In this document: piece after piece, positions 48,678 through 63,971 of the stretch
How positions within the stretch are numbered: position 1 is the first letter of the stretch
Layout of the letters: each line of letters opens with the position of its first letter
From: Antedon mediterranea
Lineage: Eukaryota > Animalia > Echinodermata
Direction: 5' to 3'
Assembly (NCBI RefSeq): GCF_964355755.1
Contig: NC_092675.1
Span: 11,713,812-11,777,811 of the forward strand
DNA: 64,000 bases
Notes under the pieces: generated by a model
What the model saw: the letters and a program-made list of their open reading frames with translations, nothing else
The model's database searches: none
Told to the model about the DNA's origin: nothing
Translations under genes and position numbers: made by a program

Positions 48678-51600
48678 TAGTTATCCGCTTGGTATACCAA
48701 GCGGATAACTCCTTGTTATTGTATGAGATCAACAGTTTTTTTCTGTATTATTAGTTATCCGCTAAGCGGATAACTCCTTGTAATCGTCCTGTTACTTTTT
48801 TTTTTTTTTTTTTTTTAGTTATCCGCACTTGGCGGATAACTCCTTGTGATTGTATGGGATCATCATTTTTTTTTTTTTTTCTGTATTATTAGTTATCCGC
48901 TTGGTATACCAAGCGGATAACTCCTTGTTATTGTATGAGATCAACAGTTTTTTTCTGTATTATTAGTTATCCGCTTAGTAGCGGATAACTCCTTGTAACT
49001 GTATGAAATCATCTTTTTTTTTTTTTTTTTTTTTTTTGGTTATCCGCAACTTGTAAAGTTGCGGATAACCCTTGTGATTGTAAATATCTTTTTCATCTTC
49101 TTTGTTGTTCTTCTTTCTTTCCCGGATTTTTGTGACCAGCATATCTCTATTACTTGTGAACATAAGATTGTATAACTTTGTCAAAAGATTGACCTGTATG
49201 TGTAGATGTGCAAGAAACTTCGTTATATGACGTTAGAGTCGCGCAGCGTAAGTTACGCGCGATTTTATGAATTTCAATGATTGATCATAGATTATAAACC
49301 AAAAGTTATTTTGTATTGACACTTGGTGAAAATTTAAGTCATATCTTGGGCAAACTTTCTATGGATTAAAAATGGCATGTTTTACAAGAAGTTACGCGCG
49401 CACGCGCATTTAAAATTTAAAAATTTGCAAAATTAATTTCTAATCAACTTTCTACGCTGATCATTGACATTTTAAGCATGTCAAAAATTCCCTCGCGCGC
49501 GAAAAAATTGACGTGTATGGTGCGCACGGAGTACGAAAATCATGTTTTTTTCTCTTGATATGTAATTTTCCAGCCTTTGCTAGTCATTTTAAAAAAGATT
49601 GACATCATTTCAAATTAAAATGATGTCATACGAACACGTTGATTTAGACAATTTGCGTGCGTTTTAGTTGCAAAAGTGACAAAATATTGTCAAAATTATG
49701 CCTACTTTGAATCTATTATAGCTCCTCAGGATCAACCGTTACCCCCAATTTTTTTAATTTAATATGTAAGCAGATATGTTGTAGATATGAATTCATGCAG
49801 AATCTTTACCCCTCGGATGTTATGACGTCATCGTATGGCCACACGAATGTAAAATATTGGATTTTTGACTGTTTCGCTATTGCTCATTACATTAAATAGA
49901 GCGCATATCGCTTATACGTATTCCATTTCCTCATATATTTTAATACTGTCTAGGTCAATCAACTATCTTTCGCATGAGTTAAAAATATTTTAATTTTTAT
50001 GACGTCATCATGTCTAAAAATGTAAATAACGTCGTTCACCTATTTTCATCTTTACAGTAAGTTTCAATCTGTTATAGCTCGTCAGAAAAAAAAGTGATAA
50101 TCATGATTAAAACGTTTTCTGAAAGCTATTGGATTGTAGATACAAATTCATGTGAATATTTTGCCAATCAGATGTTGTGACGTCATTATATGGGCAGTTG
50201 AATTCAAAAGGTCATATTTTCATCTCTTGCGTAAAAGTTCCTTGCGTTTAAACGAGAGCGCATCTCTCTTTTACATGCCCAAAATTCCTCAAATTTGTAT
50301 TAATGTAATTATTTAGATAATTATCTTAATATAAAATATCTTTATATGTCAATTTGATGACGTCATCGTGTTAATAATTGGATTTAAAAGATGGGTCTCG
50401 TAATTTCGTCTATGCTACACTGTATATAACATACAATGTATTCTGTAAATACTGTAATATGCTGTATGCTACAAAATAGGTACAATTCAACACTGTAAAC
50501 ATACTTAATTCATGTCACAGGATGGCATAACAATTGTCGAAGTTCATATAGTTTAAAGTATGTGCATGTTGCGTTTGCGCGGATAACCCGAACTCGTCAA
50601 AGTGACGAGTTCAAATCTAGTTTTCTGTATTATTAGTTATCCGCTTAGTAGCGGATAACTCCTTGTAATCGTCCTGGATCTTTTTTTTTTTTTTCTTTAT
50701 TAGTTATCCGCACTTGGCGGATAACTCCTTGTGATTGTATGGGATCATCATTTTTTTTTTTTTTTTCTGTATTATTAGTTATCCGCACTATGGCGGATAA
50801 CTCCTTGTAACTGTCCTGTTTCATCATCTTTTTAGTTATCCGCTTAGTAGCGGATAACTCCTTGTGATTGTAGTGGATCAATATTTTTTTTTTTTTTCTG
50901 TATTATTCTTATTTCTTTCCCATTTTTTTGTGAGTCACGTTTCTCTAAAATGTGTAAACGTAACATTTTATAACTTTGACAACATGTGGGCATTTACGTG
51001 AAGTTGTGCATCTCCTATTTTGAATGACGTCAGAGTTGCGCAACGTGACTTGCGCGCGATTTTATGATTTTTAATGATTGATCATAGCTTAAAAACCAAG
51101 AGTAATTTTTTGTTTACCCTTTATGAAAATTTAAGTCATATCAAGGGCAAACTGTTAGTGCACTAAAAATGGCATGTTTTACAAAAAGTTACGCGTGCAC
51201 GCGCATTTAAAATTTCAAAATGCGCAAAATTAATTTCTAATCAACTTTCTACGCGTTTCATGTCATTTTAAGCATGTAAAAAATTCCCACGCGTGCGCAC
51301 ATTTTTACGTGTGCGGTGCGCACGTAGCATTAAAAACATGTTTTTTTCGAGTGATTTATGTTTTTCCAGTCTTTTATAGTAATTTTACCAACTTTTAATC
51401 ACTTTCGACTTAAAAGTTACGTCATACGAGCACGTCGAATTGGACAATTTGCGCTCGTTTTTGATGAAAAAGTACAAAAATTTGTCAAAATTATGCCTTT
51501 TTTTAAACAGTCGTAATTTCTAAACTACACGGTCAACTTTTTGTGGATGACATATTCCGGAAGTTGATGAGTTGTAGATATCGGATCATGTATTAATATG

Positions 51601-54600
51601 GCTAACCGGACATTTTAACGTCATCGTATGGCCCCGCGAATATAAAATTGAGGATTTTTGTATCTTTCGTCATAGCTCATCACATTTAATAGAGCGCATC
51701 TCCACTTATCCATTTTCCATTTTCACCCCGATTTTGATATTGTCTAGGTCAATCAACTATCTTTCGCATGAGTTAAAAATATTTTAATGATTATGACGTC
51801 ATCATGCCTAAAAATTTAAATTACATGTGGCATTAATTTCATCTTTACAGAACATTTTAATCTGTTATAGCTCGTAAGAATAAAATGTGATAATCACGAT
51901 TAAAACGTTTTCTGGAAGCTATTGGATTGTAGATACAAAATCATGTAAAAATTTGGCAAATCGGATGTTGTGACGTCATCATATGGCCAGTTAAATAAAA
52001 AAAGTCGTATTTTCATATTTTGCGTCATAGTTCATTACATTTAAAAGAGGGCGCATTAATATTTTACGTATTAAAATTTCTTCTACACGTTAATATGTTG
52101 TTGCTGAGATAATTTCCTTCCGAAATTCCTATATCAGTGTTTCATTTTCATACCGTCACCATGTTAAAAATTGGAATAAATGACGGGACCCGTAATTTCG
52201 CCTATCCTACACTGTATTAATATGTATACAGATTATACTATGTATACTGTAAATAGTATATGACACAAAATATACAGCATTTAGCACTAACAACATATTA
52301 TACTCTTCAGTTCATGTCAATATGCCATAATCTTTTTCTGTGTCCAATGTATGACGTGCACGTGGCGTTTGTCGTGCGGATAACTAACTCGTCAAAGTGA
52401 CGAGTTTCATGTCTAGTTTTTTTTCTGTATTCTTCTTTCTTTCTGTCATTTTTGTGCAGAGCATATCTCAAAAACGTGTACAGTTAACATTTCATAACTT
52501 TGTCAACATATGGGCATTCACGTGAAGTTGTGCTTTTTTATTTTTGAATGACGTCAGAATTGCGCAACATGACTTACGCGCGTTTTAACGAATTTAGCGT
52601 ATTTAACATTAATCAAAAACCATATAACAATTTAAATTGAAACTTAGCAAAAGTTTAATTTATATTCTGCGCTAACCGACTGTGGAAAAAAAATGGCATG
52701 TTTCACACGAAGTTACACGCGCACGCGCGTTTAAAATTTTAAAATGCAAAAAATCAATTTCTAATCAACTTTCTACGTGTTTCATGTCATTTTGAGCATG
52801 TAAAAAATTCCCACGCGCGCGAATATATTTACGCGCGTGGTGCGCACGTAGCGTTGAAAACAATTTTTTTCACGTGATTTAGGTTTTTCCAGCCTTTTCT
52901 AGTAATTTTACCAACTTTTAAACGATTTCGACTTAAAATCACGTCATACGAGCCCAATTATGAAAAAGTTCAAAAATTCATCAAAATTTGTCAAAATTAT
53001 ACCTTTTTTTAAACAGTTGTAGTTTCTAAACTAAACGGTAAAAGTTGTTTTTATTACGTTTTCTGGAAGATGATGAGTTGTAGATATCGTATCATGCATC
53101 AATATGGCTAACCGGACATTTAGACGTCATCGTATGGCCACTCGAATATAAAATATAGGGATTTTTTCTCTTTTGTCATAGCGCATCACATTTAATAGAG
53201 CGCATCTCCACTTATCCGTTTTCCATTTTCACGCCGATTTTGATATTGTCTAGGTCAATCAACTATCCTTTGCATGAGTTAAAAATATTTTAATTTTTAT
53301 GACGTCATCATGCCTAAAAATTTAAATTACGTGTGCCTTTAATTTCATCTTTACAGTAAATTTTAATCTGTTATAGCTCGTACGAATAAAATGTGATAAT
53401 CACGATTAAAACGTTTTCTGGAAGCTCTTGGATTGTAGATACAAAATCATGTAAAAATGTTGCCATTCGGATGTTGTGACGTCATCATATGGCCAGTTAA
53501 ATAAGAAGAGTCGTATTTTTATCTTTTGCGTCATAATTCATTACATTTAAAAGAGCGTGCATCAATATTGCACGTATTCAAATTTCTTCTGCACTTTAAT
53601 ATGTTGTTACTGAGATAATTTCCTTCCCAAATCGCTGTCTTAGTTTTTCATTTTGATACCGTTGCCATGTTAAAAATAGGAATAAACGGGGGGTCCCGTA
53701 ATTTCACCTATTCTACACTGTATGTAATATGTATACAGATTATATTGTATATACTATATCATATATGACACAAAATAACAGAATTCAGCAATAACAACAT
53801 ATCATATTCTTCAGTTCAGGTCATAATGCCATAATCTTTTTCTGTGTGCAATATTCTAACGTATCACGTGCACGTGGCGTTTGTCGTGCGGATAACTAAC
53901 TCGTCAAAGTGACGAGTTACATGTCTAGTTAGTTATCCGCTTAGTAGCGGATAACTCCTTGTAATCGTCCTGTTTCAATTTTATATTATTCTTCTGTCTT
54001 TCTCCCTCACTTTTTGTGCAGAGCGTATCTCTAAAATGGGTAAACATAACATTTCATAACTTTGTCAACATATGGGCATTTACGTGAAGTTGTGCACCTC
54101 CTATTTTTTAATGACGTCAGAGTTGCGCAACGTGACTTACGCGCGATTTTATGATTTTTTATGATTGCTCATAGACTAAAAACCAAGCATAATTTAGTTT
54201 TGACACTTTGTGAAAATTTAAGTCATATTAAGTGCAAACTTTTTATTGATTAAAAATGGCATGTTTTACAAGAAGTTACGCGCGCACGCGCATTTAAAGT
54301 TTCAAAATGCGTAAAATTAATTTTTAATCAACTTTTTACACGACTCATGACATTTCGCGCATGTCAAAAATTCCCACGTGCACGCATTTTTTTACGCGCG
54401 CGGTGGCCACGTACCGTGAAAAACATCTTTTTTTCTCATGAATTATGTTTTTCCAGCCTTCTAGAGTAATTTTACCATTTTAAAACCATTTGTGACTTTA
54501 AATTACGTCATACGAGCACGTCGAATTGGAAAATTTACGCGCGTTTTTGATCAAAAAGCTAAAAAAATCGTCAAAATTATGCCTTTTTTTAAACAGTTGT

Positions 54601-57600
54601 AGTTTCTAAACTAAACGGTGAAAGTTATTTTTATTACATATTCTGGAAGTTGATGAGTTGTAGATATCAAATCATACATTAATATGGCTAACAGGACATT
54701 TTGACGTCATCGTATGGCCACACAAATATAAAATATAGGATTTTTGTCTCTTTCGTTATTGCTCATCACATTCAATGGAGCGCATCACGCTTATCCGTAT
54801 TCCATTTTCTCCGAGATTTTAATATTGTCTAGGTCAATCAACTACCTTTCGCATGAGCTAAAAATATTTTAATATTTGTAACGTCATCATGCCTAAAAAT
54901 GTTAATTACTTGGGTCATTAATTTCATCTTTACAGTAAATTTTAATCTGTTATCGCTCGTAAGAACAAAATGGGATAATCACGATTAAAATGTTTTCTGG
55001 AAGCTATTGGATTGTAGATACGAAATCATGTAAACATTTTGCCAATCGGATGTTGTGACGTCATCATATGGCCAGTTAAATAAAAAAAGTCGTATTTTCA
55101 TCTTTTGCGTCATAGTTCATTACATTTAAAAGAACGTGCATCAATATTTCACGTGTTCAAATTTCTTCCACACGTTAATATGTTGTTGCTGAGATAATTT
55201 CCTTCCGAAATTGCTACATTCGCGTTTCATTTTGAAACCGTCAATATGTTAAAAATTTGAATAAATAGCGGGTCCCGTAATTTCACCTATTCTACACTGT
55301 ATGTGATATGTATACAGATTATACTGTGTATACTATATGACACAAAATAACAGAATTCAGCACTAAAAACATATCATATTCTTCAGTTCAGGTCACAATG
55401 CCATAATCTTTTTCCGTGTGCAATATTCCAACGTATGACGTGCACGTGGCGTTTGTCGTGCGGATAACTAACTCGTCAAATTGACGAGTTTCATGTCTAG
55501 TTCTTATTTCTTTCCTTCCATTTTTGTGTAGAGCGTTTCTCTAACATGTGTAAACGTAACATTTCATAACTTTGACAACATGTGGGCATTTATGTGAAGT
55601 TGTGCACCTCCTATTTTTGAATGACGTCAGAGGTGCGCAACGTGACTTACGCGCGATTTTATGAATTTCGCGTATTTAACATAGGTCAAAAACCAAATAA
55701 CATTTTGAATTGAAACTTTGCAGAAGTTTAATTTATATCGTGCGCTAACTTTCTGTGGAAAAAAAATTGCGAGGTTTACACAAATTTACGCGCGCACGCG
55801 CATTTAAAATTTGAAAATGCGAAAAATCAATTTCTAATCGACTTTCTACGCGTTTCATGTCATTTTGAGCATGTCAAAAATTCCCACGCGCCCGATATTT
55901 TTTACGCGCGCGGTACGCACGTAGCGTTAAAAACATCGCTTTTTCGAGTGATTTATGTTTTTCCAGCCTTTTCTAGTAATTTTACAAACTTTTAAACAAT
56001 TTTGACTTAAAATGACGTTATATACGAGCACGTAGAATTTAACAATTTGCACGGGTTTTTGATGAAAAAAATCAAAAATTCGTCAAAATTAAGCCTTTTT
56101 TTAAACAGTCGTAGTTTCTATACCAAACAATGAAAGTTATTTTTGTTACATATTCTGGAAGTTGATGAGTTGTAGATATCGGATCATGCATTAATATGGC
56201 TAACAGGACATTGTGATGTCATCGTAAGGCCACGCGAATATAAAATTTAGGATTTTTGTATCTTTCTTCATAGCTCATCACATTTAATAGAGCGCATCTA
56301 CACTTATCCGTTTTCCATTTTCACCCCGATTTTGATATTGTCTAGGTCAATCAACTATCTTTCGCATGAGTTAAAAATATTTTTATTTTTATGACGTCAT
56401 CATGCCTAAAAATTTAAATTACGTGTGGCATAAATTTCATATTTACAGTAAAATTTAATCTGTTATAGCTCGTAAGAATGAAATGTGATAATCATGATTA
56501 AAACGTTTTCTGGAAGCTATTGAATTGTAGATACGAAATCATGTGAACATTTTGCTAATCAGACGTTGTGACGTCATCATATGGCCAGTTATATAAAAAA
56601 AGTCGTATTTTCATCTTTTGCGTTATAATTCATTACATTTAAAAGAGCGCGCATCAATATTTTACGTATTCAAATTTCTTGTACACGCTAATATGTTGTT
56701 GCTGAGATAATTTCCTTCCGAAATTGCTACCTTCGCGTTTCATTTTGAAACCGTCAGCATGTTAAAAATTGGAATAAATAGCGGGTCCCGTATTTTCCCC
56801 TATTCTACACTGTATGTGATTGTGATATGTATACAGATTTTACTGTGTATACTATATGACACAAAATAACAGAATTCAGCAATAACAACATAATCATATT
56901 CTTCAGTCCAGGTCATAATGCCATAATCTTTTTCCGTGTGCAATATTCCAACGTATGACGTGCTCGTGGCGTTTGTCGTGCGGATAACTAACTCGTCAAA
57001 GTGACGAGTTTCATGTCTAGTATTATTCTTCTTTCTTTCTCCTCCATTTTTGTGTCTCGCGTATCTCAAAAACTTGTACACATAACATTTCATAACTTTG
57101 TCATCATATGGACATTTACGTGAAGTTGTGCACCTCCTATTTTTTAATGACGTCAGAGTTGCGCAACGTGACTTACGCGCGATTTTATGAATTTCATTGA
57201 TTGATCATAGGATAAAAAATAAAAGTCATTTTGTATTGACACTTGGTGAATATTTAAGTCATATCAAGGGCAAACTTTCTATGGATTAAAAATGGCATGT
57301 TTTACAAGAAGTTTACGTGCACACGCGCATTTCTCCTCCATTTTTGTGTCTCGCGTATCTCAAAAACTTGTAAATATAACATTTCATAACTTTGTCAACA
57401 TATGGGCATTCACGTGAAGTTGTGCACCTCCTATTGGGAATGACCTCAGAAATGCGCATTGTCATTTGAGCATGTCAAAAATTCCCACGCGCCCGATATT
57501 TTTTACGCGCGCGGTACGCACGTAGCGTTAAAAACATCGCTTTTTCGAGTGATTTATGTTTTTCCAGCCTTTTCTAGTAATTTTACAAACTTTTAAACAA

Positions 57601-60600
57601 TTTTGACTTAAAATGACGTTATATACGAGCACGTAGAATTTAACAATTTGCACGGGTTTTTGATGAAAAAAATCAAAAATTCGTCAAAATTAAGCCTTTT
57701 TTTAAACAGTCGTAGTTTCTATACCAAACAATGAAAGTTATTTTTGTTACATATTCTGGAAGTTGATGAGTTGTAGATATCGGATCATGCATTAATATGG
57801 CTAACAGGACATTGTGATGTCATCGTAAGGCCACGCGAATATAAAATTTAGGATTTTTGTATCTTTCTTCATAGCTCATCACATTTAATAGAGCGCATCT
57901 ACACTTATCCGTTTTCCATTTTCACCCCGATTTTGATATTGTCTAGGTCAATCAACTATCTTTCGCATGAGTTAAAAATATTTTTATTTTTATGACGTCA
58001 TCATGCCTAAAAATTTAAATTACGTGTGGCATAAATTTCATATTTACAGTAAAATTTAATCTGTTATAGCTCGTAAGAATGAAATGTGATAATCATGATT
58101 AAAACGTTTTCTGGAAGCTATTGAATTGTAGATACGAAATCATGTGAACATTTTGCTAATCAGACGTTGTGACGTCATCATATGGCCAGTTATATAAAAA
58201 AAGTCGTATTTTCATCTTTTGCGTTATAATTCATTACATTTAAAAGAGCGCGCATCAATATTTTACGTATTCAAATTTCTTGTACACGCTAATATGTTGT
58301 TGCTGAGATAATTTCCTTCCGAAATTGCTACCTTCGCGTTTCATTTTGAAACCGTCAGCATGTTAAAAATTGGAATAAATAGCGGGTCCCGTATTTTCCC
58401 CTATTCTACACTGTATGTGATTGTGATATGTATACAGATTTTACTGTGTATACTATATGACACAAAATAACAGAATTCAGCAATAACAACATAATCATAT
58501 TCTTCAGTCCAGGTCATAATGCCATAATCTTTTTCCGTGTGCAATATTCCAACGTATGACGTGCTCGTGGCGTTTGTCGTGCGGATAACTAACTCGTCAA
58601 AGTGACGAGTTTCATGTCTAGTATTATTCTTCTTTCTTTCTCCTCCATTTTTGTGTCTCGCGTATCTCAAAAACTTGTACACATAACATTTCATAACTTT
58701 GTCATCATATGGACATTTACGTGAAGTTGTGCACCTCCTATTTTTTAATGACGTCAGAGTTGCGCAACGTGACTTACGCGCGATTTTATGAATTTCATTG
58801 ATTGATCATAGGATAAAAAATAAAAGTCATTTTGTATTGACACTTGGTGAATATTTAAGTCATATCAAGGGCAAACTTTCTATGGATTAAAAATGGCATG
58901 TTTTACAAGAAGTTTACGTGCACACGCGCATTTCTACTCCATTTTTGTGTCTCGCGTATCTCAAAAACTTGTAAATATAACATTTCATAACTTTGTCAAC
59001 ATATGGGCATTCACGTGAAGTTGTGCACCTCCTATTGTGAATGACCTCAGAAATGCGCAACGTGACTTACGCGTGATTTTATGAATTTCGCGTATTTAAC
59101 ATAGATTGAAAACCATATAACAATTTAAATTGAAACTTAGCAAAAGTTTAATTTATATCTTGCGCTAACTTTTTGTGCACTAAAAATGGCATGTTTTACA
59201 CGAAGTTACGCGCGCACGCGCATTTAAAATTTAAAATGCGCAAAATTTCTACGCTGATCATGACATTTTGAGCATGTCAAAAATTCCCACGCGCGCGAAC
59301 AATCTTGCGCGCGTGGTCCGCACGTAGCGCTAAAAACATCTTTTTTGCGTGAATTATGTTTTTTCAGCCTTTTATAGTAATTTTATCAACTTTTAAAACA
59401 ATTTAGACTTAAAATTACGTCATACGAGCACGTCGAATTGTACAATTTGTGCGTGTTTTTAATGAAAAAATTCAAATATTCGTCAAAATTATGCCTTTTT
59501 TTAAACAATCATAGATTCTAAACTACAAGGTAAACTTTTTTTTACTTACATGTTCTGGAAGGTGATGAGTTGTAGATATCGGATCATTAATCAATATGGT
59601 TAACCGGACATTGTGACGTCATCGTATGGTCACACGAATGTAAAATATAGGATTTATGTCTCTTTCGTTATTGCTCCTCACATTAAATGGAGCGCATCAC
59701 CGTTATCTGTATTCCTTTTTCTCCGAGATTTTAATATTGTCTAGGTCAATCAACTATCTTATGCATGTGTTAAAAATATTAAATTTTTATGACATCATCA
59801 TGCCTAAAACTTTAAATTAGGTGTATACAGATTATACTGTGTACTTTAAAATGTATACTATATGACACAAAATAGACAGAATTTAGCACTAACAACATAT
59901 CATATTCTTCAGTTCAGGTCATAATGCCATAATCTTTTTCTGTGTGCAACATTCCAACGTATGACGTGCACGTGGCGTTTGTCGAGCGGATAACTAACTC
60001 GTCAAAGTTTCATGTCTAGTTCTTTCTTTCTGTCAATTTTGTGTCTCGCGTATCTCAAAAACTTGTAAACAAAACATTTTATAACTTTGTCAACATTTGG
60101 GCATTCACGTGAAATTGTGCACCTCCTATTGTGAATGACGTCAGAATTGCGCAACGTGATTTACGCGCGTTTTAACGAATTTCGCGTATTTAACATAGAT
60201 CGAAAACCATATAGCAATTTAAATTGAAACTTAACAAAAGTTTAATTTATATCTTGCGCTAACTGACTGTGGAAAAAAAATGGCATGTTTCACAAGAAGT
60301 TACGCGCGCACGGGCGTTTAAAATTTCAAAATGCGAAAAATCAATTTCTAATCAACTTTCTACGCGTTTCATGTCATTTTGAGCATGTCAAAAATTCCCA
60401 CGCGCGCGCATATTTTTACTCGCACGGTGCGCACGTAGCGTTGAAAATAAATTTTTTCGCTTGATTCATGTTTTTCCAGCTTTTTCTGGTAATTTTACCA
60501 ACTTTTGAACAATTTTGACTTAAAATTACGTCATACGGGCACATCCACTTGGATAATTTACGTGCGTTTTTGATGAAAAAGTTCAAAAATTTGTCAAAAT

Positions 60601-61550
60601 TCGTCAAAATTATGCCTTTTTTTAAACATTCATAGATTCTAAACTACGAGGTGAACTTTTTTTAAATTATATATTCTGGAAGTTGATGAGTTGTAGATAT
60701 GGAATCATGCATTAATATGGCTAATCGGACATTATAACGTCATCGTATGGCCACGCGAATATAAAATATAGGATTTTTATATCTTTCGTCATAGCGCATC
60801 ACATTTAATAGAGCGCATCTCCACTTATCCGTTTTTTATTTTCACCCCGATTTTGATATTGTCTAGGTGAATGAACTATCTTTTGCATGAGTTAAAAATA
60901 TTTTAATTTTTATGACGTCATCATGTCGAAAATTGTAAATAACGTGGGTCACTTATTTTCATCTTTACAGTAAATTTCAATCTGTTATAGCTCATCAGAA
61001 TTAAAAGTGATAATCATGATTAAAACGTTTTCTGGAAGCTATGGGATTGTAGATACGAATTCATGTAAACATTTTGCCAATCGGATGTTGTGACGTCATC
61101 ATATGGCCAGTTGAATAAAAAAAGTTGTATTTTCATATTTTGCGTAATAGTTCATCACATTTAAAAGGGTGCGCATCTATATTTTACGTATTCAAATTTT
61201 TTCTACACGTTAATATGTTGTTCCTAAGATAATTTCCTTCTGAAATTGCTATCTAAGTGTTTCATTTTGATACCGTCGCCATGTTAAAAATTGGAATAAA
61301 TGGCGGGTCCCGTAATTTCACCTTTTCTACACTGTATGTAATATGTATGCAGATTATACTGTAGTGTTTGCATGTATACTATATGACACAAAATTGACAG
61401 AATTCAGCACTAACAGCATATCATATTCTTCAGTTCTTGTCATAATGCCTTAATCTTTATCTGTGTGCAATATTCCAACGTATGACGTGCACGTGGCGTT
61501 TGTCGTGGTGCGGATAACTAACTCGTCAAAGTGACGAGTTTCATGTCTAG
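48678..61550 (+). mobile_element. Array of ~1.55-kb Helentron/HINE-like elements
   Basis: 11 palindromic heads gttatccgc-loop-gcggataac; 8 tails cggataac + aactcgtca-aag-tgacgagtt + CTAG|T ending at 50620, 52416, 53928, 55500, 57020, 58621, 60019 (hairpin partly deleted) and 61550. Confidence 0.85.
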
Positions 61551-62584
61551 TTTTTCTTTTTTCTTTTGTTTTAATTCCTCCATAATGTTAAAAACAATTT
61601 AATTCATTACTGATTTATGGTTAATCAATCAATAAATCAATTCAATACCAGGGGCGCAATCAGCGATGAAATCAAGGGCGGGGTCACCGATAATAGACTC
61701 CCCTGAGCCACCAAGGGACCCCTGCCGTTCCAGGGAAATCTAGATCATTTGAATCAGTTTACACACGGACAAATATGACAATGTTGACACTAATATTTAT
61801 GTTTTTCTCTGTTCTTACGGTGTTGCATTTTAAATCAAACTGCCTGTAGCGATATTTGCCGCACTGTTGCATCAATACATCGTTTCAATGTACAATGTTT
61901 CTATTTTGATACAATTCGGCCAAATTTACTAATTTGCATAAAGTGACGCAGATTTTTTTTTTGGTAATCTTAATGAAATTAAAGGATTTTGATTTGCATA
62001 TGGCTAGAACACCAATATTTAACCTTGCAGTTCTTTCAACGGCGAGCCAAGGACAATAGATGTGGTATCATGGGGTAAAATACTCACTGCTAATTTACAT
62101 CGAGAGAGCATTGACCATCATCTTTAAAAGTTTACATGATAAGTCCTAGTATGTAATAATAACGTTGATTTATGAGAGAGTAGGAAAAAACACAGAGAAA
62201 TATCTCTTTGAAACGAGAAAATCGAGACTAAAAAAGTTGTGCATGCTCACTCACCCACTGCTAGTTTACCACTTATTTTGAACATTAAACTAAAAGGTCA
62301 CTTCATTTTTTAAATTGAAAGAATGGATTGACACAGTCATTGCATCGGACCTTGTGCAATGTGTTTTGCATGCAGTATTTTATTTATGTATTATAAAAAA
62401 TGGAAAAAAGGGGGCCCTTGACACTCCCCAGCCTTGTGATGCTCGCATAGCCCCCACGTCGGGTAATTTATCCCCCACGTCGGGTAATTTATCCCCCTCG
62501 TCGGGAAGATCCTGGCCCCACAGCTTTATCTAGTATACAGTACATAGTATACTGTATACATACTATATCAGTGTAGCATACAGT

Positions 62585-63797
62585 AAGTGAAATTATGGGA
62601 CCCTCCTTTTATTCATTTTTTAACATAACATCATCAAAATAAAACAGATAGCAATAGCTGGAGATAGCAATTTCAAAAGAAAATTATTTGAGCAACAACA
62701 TATTACTGTACATTTTGAAGAAAGTTGGATGTAGAATATAGATGCGCGCTCTTTTAAATGTGTTAAACAATGATGCAACAGCGACATTTTTTATTCAACT
62801 GGCCATGTGATGATGTCACAACATCCAAAAGGCAAAATTTGAATTCATATCAACAATTCAACCGCTTCCAGAACACATTTTCATAACTTGTATCACATTT
62901 CATTCGGAGGAGCTGTAATAACAGATTGAAATTTATAAATAAAGATGAAAATAAGTGTTTGTTAAAATTTGTTGACATGATGTCATTATCAAAATTTAAA
63001 TGGTTTTTACTCATGCGAACGATAATTGATTGAGCAAACAAATATTAAATCTAGGGGAAATTAATGTACGGATTGCAAGATATTTTTTTCATTCATGTGG
63101 CCATATGATGTCGTCACAACATCCCATAGGTAAACATTTTACGTTAATTCATATCTAAAACATATCTGCTTGCATAATAAGTTTATAAAAAGTAGGGGTC
63201 ACCATTGATGAACTATAATAGATTCAATATAAGTATGATTTTTTTTTCAACTAAAATGTCTAATTCAGCGTGTTCGTATAACATGAAATGGGTTCAATTT
63301 TTTTTAATTACTGGGAAAGACTACAGAAATATAATTTAATTGAAAAAACAAGATTTTTACATTCCGTGTACAAAAAATGCACGTGCGTGGGAATTTTTTA
63401 TATGTGTAAAATTTCATGAATCGTTGAAAGTTGATTGGAAATTAATTTTGCGAATTTTTAAGTTTTAAATGCACGTGTATGCGTAACTTTGTGTAAAACA
63501 CAGAAAGTTCACCCTTGATATGAATTAAAATTTTACCAAGTGATAATAAAAAATGGCTGTTAGTGTTTATTCTATGATCAATCATTTCAATCAATTCATT
63601 AAATCGTGTGTAAGTCATGTTGCACAATTCTGACGTCATTAAAAATAGGAATGCACAACTTCACGTAAATGTTGACAAAGCTATGAAATATTACGTTTGC
63701 ACATTTTAGATATACACAACCAACAAAAAAGGGACAGAAAGAAAAAATACTACAGAAAAAAAAATTATGATAAAATAACGAGGAGTTATCAAGTTGG
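62585..63797 (-). mobile_element. Diverged, truncated inverted copy of the same Helentron-like family
   Basis: Reverse-complement similarity to the array units (tgcacaacttcacgtaaatg, gaaagttgatt, aactggccat); ends in the head remnant aggagttatc. Confidence 0.75.
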
Positions 63798-63900
63798 AAT
63801 TTATTCTGACTTGTTAAGCCTCCACTGATTGTGAGGGCGTTTGTTGTATGAGAGAATGTACTGTATCTGGTGTGTGAAATTCTGTGAAAATACTATATAT

Positions 63901-63971
63901 GGCTCTGTGGTCTAGTGGTATGATACTCGCCCTGTAAGCGAGAGGTTGCTGGTTCGAATCCCGTCAGAGAA
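63901..63971 (+). pseudogene. tRNA-like sequence (tRNA pseudogene or SINE head; tRNA-Pro-like body, TGT triplet in the loop)
   Basis: A box TGGTCTAGTGG, stem ctcgc/gcgag, B box GGTTCGAATCC, ctctg/cagag acceptor pairing, downstream T-run. Lacks U33 and has T-stem and acceptor-end mismatches. Confidence 0.65.

Noticed and set aside
48678-49075. CRISPR-like spaced palindromic repeats
   Set aside because: Spacers are T-rich and related to each other, there are no cas genes, and the repeats are the 5' heads of the Helentron-like elements.
56800-58694. Two identical 97-aa ORFs
   Set aside because: Antisense across an element junction inside the 1601-bp duplication; not open in other units.
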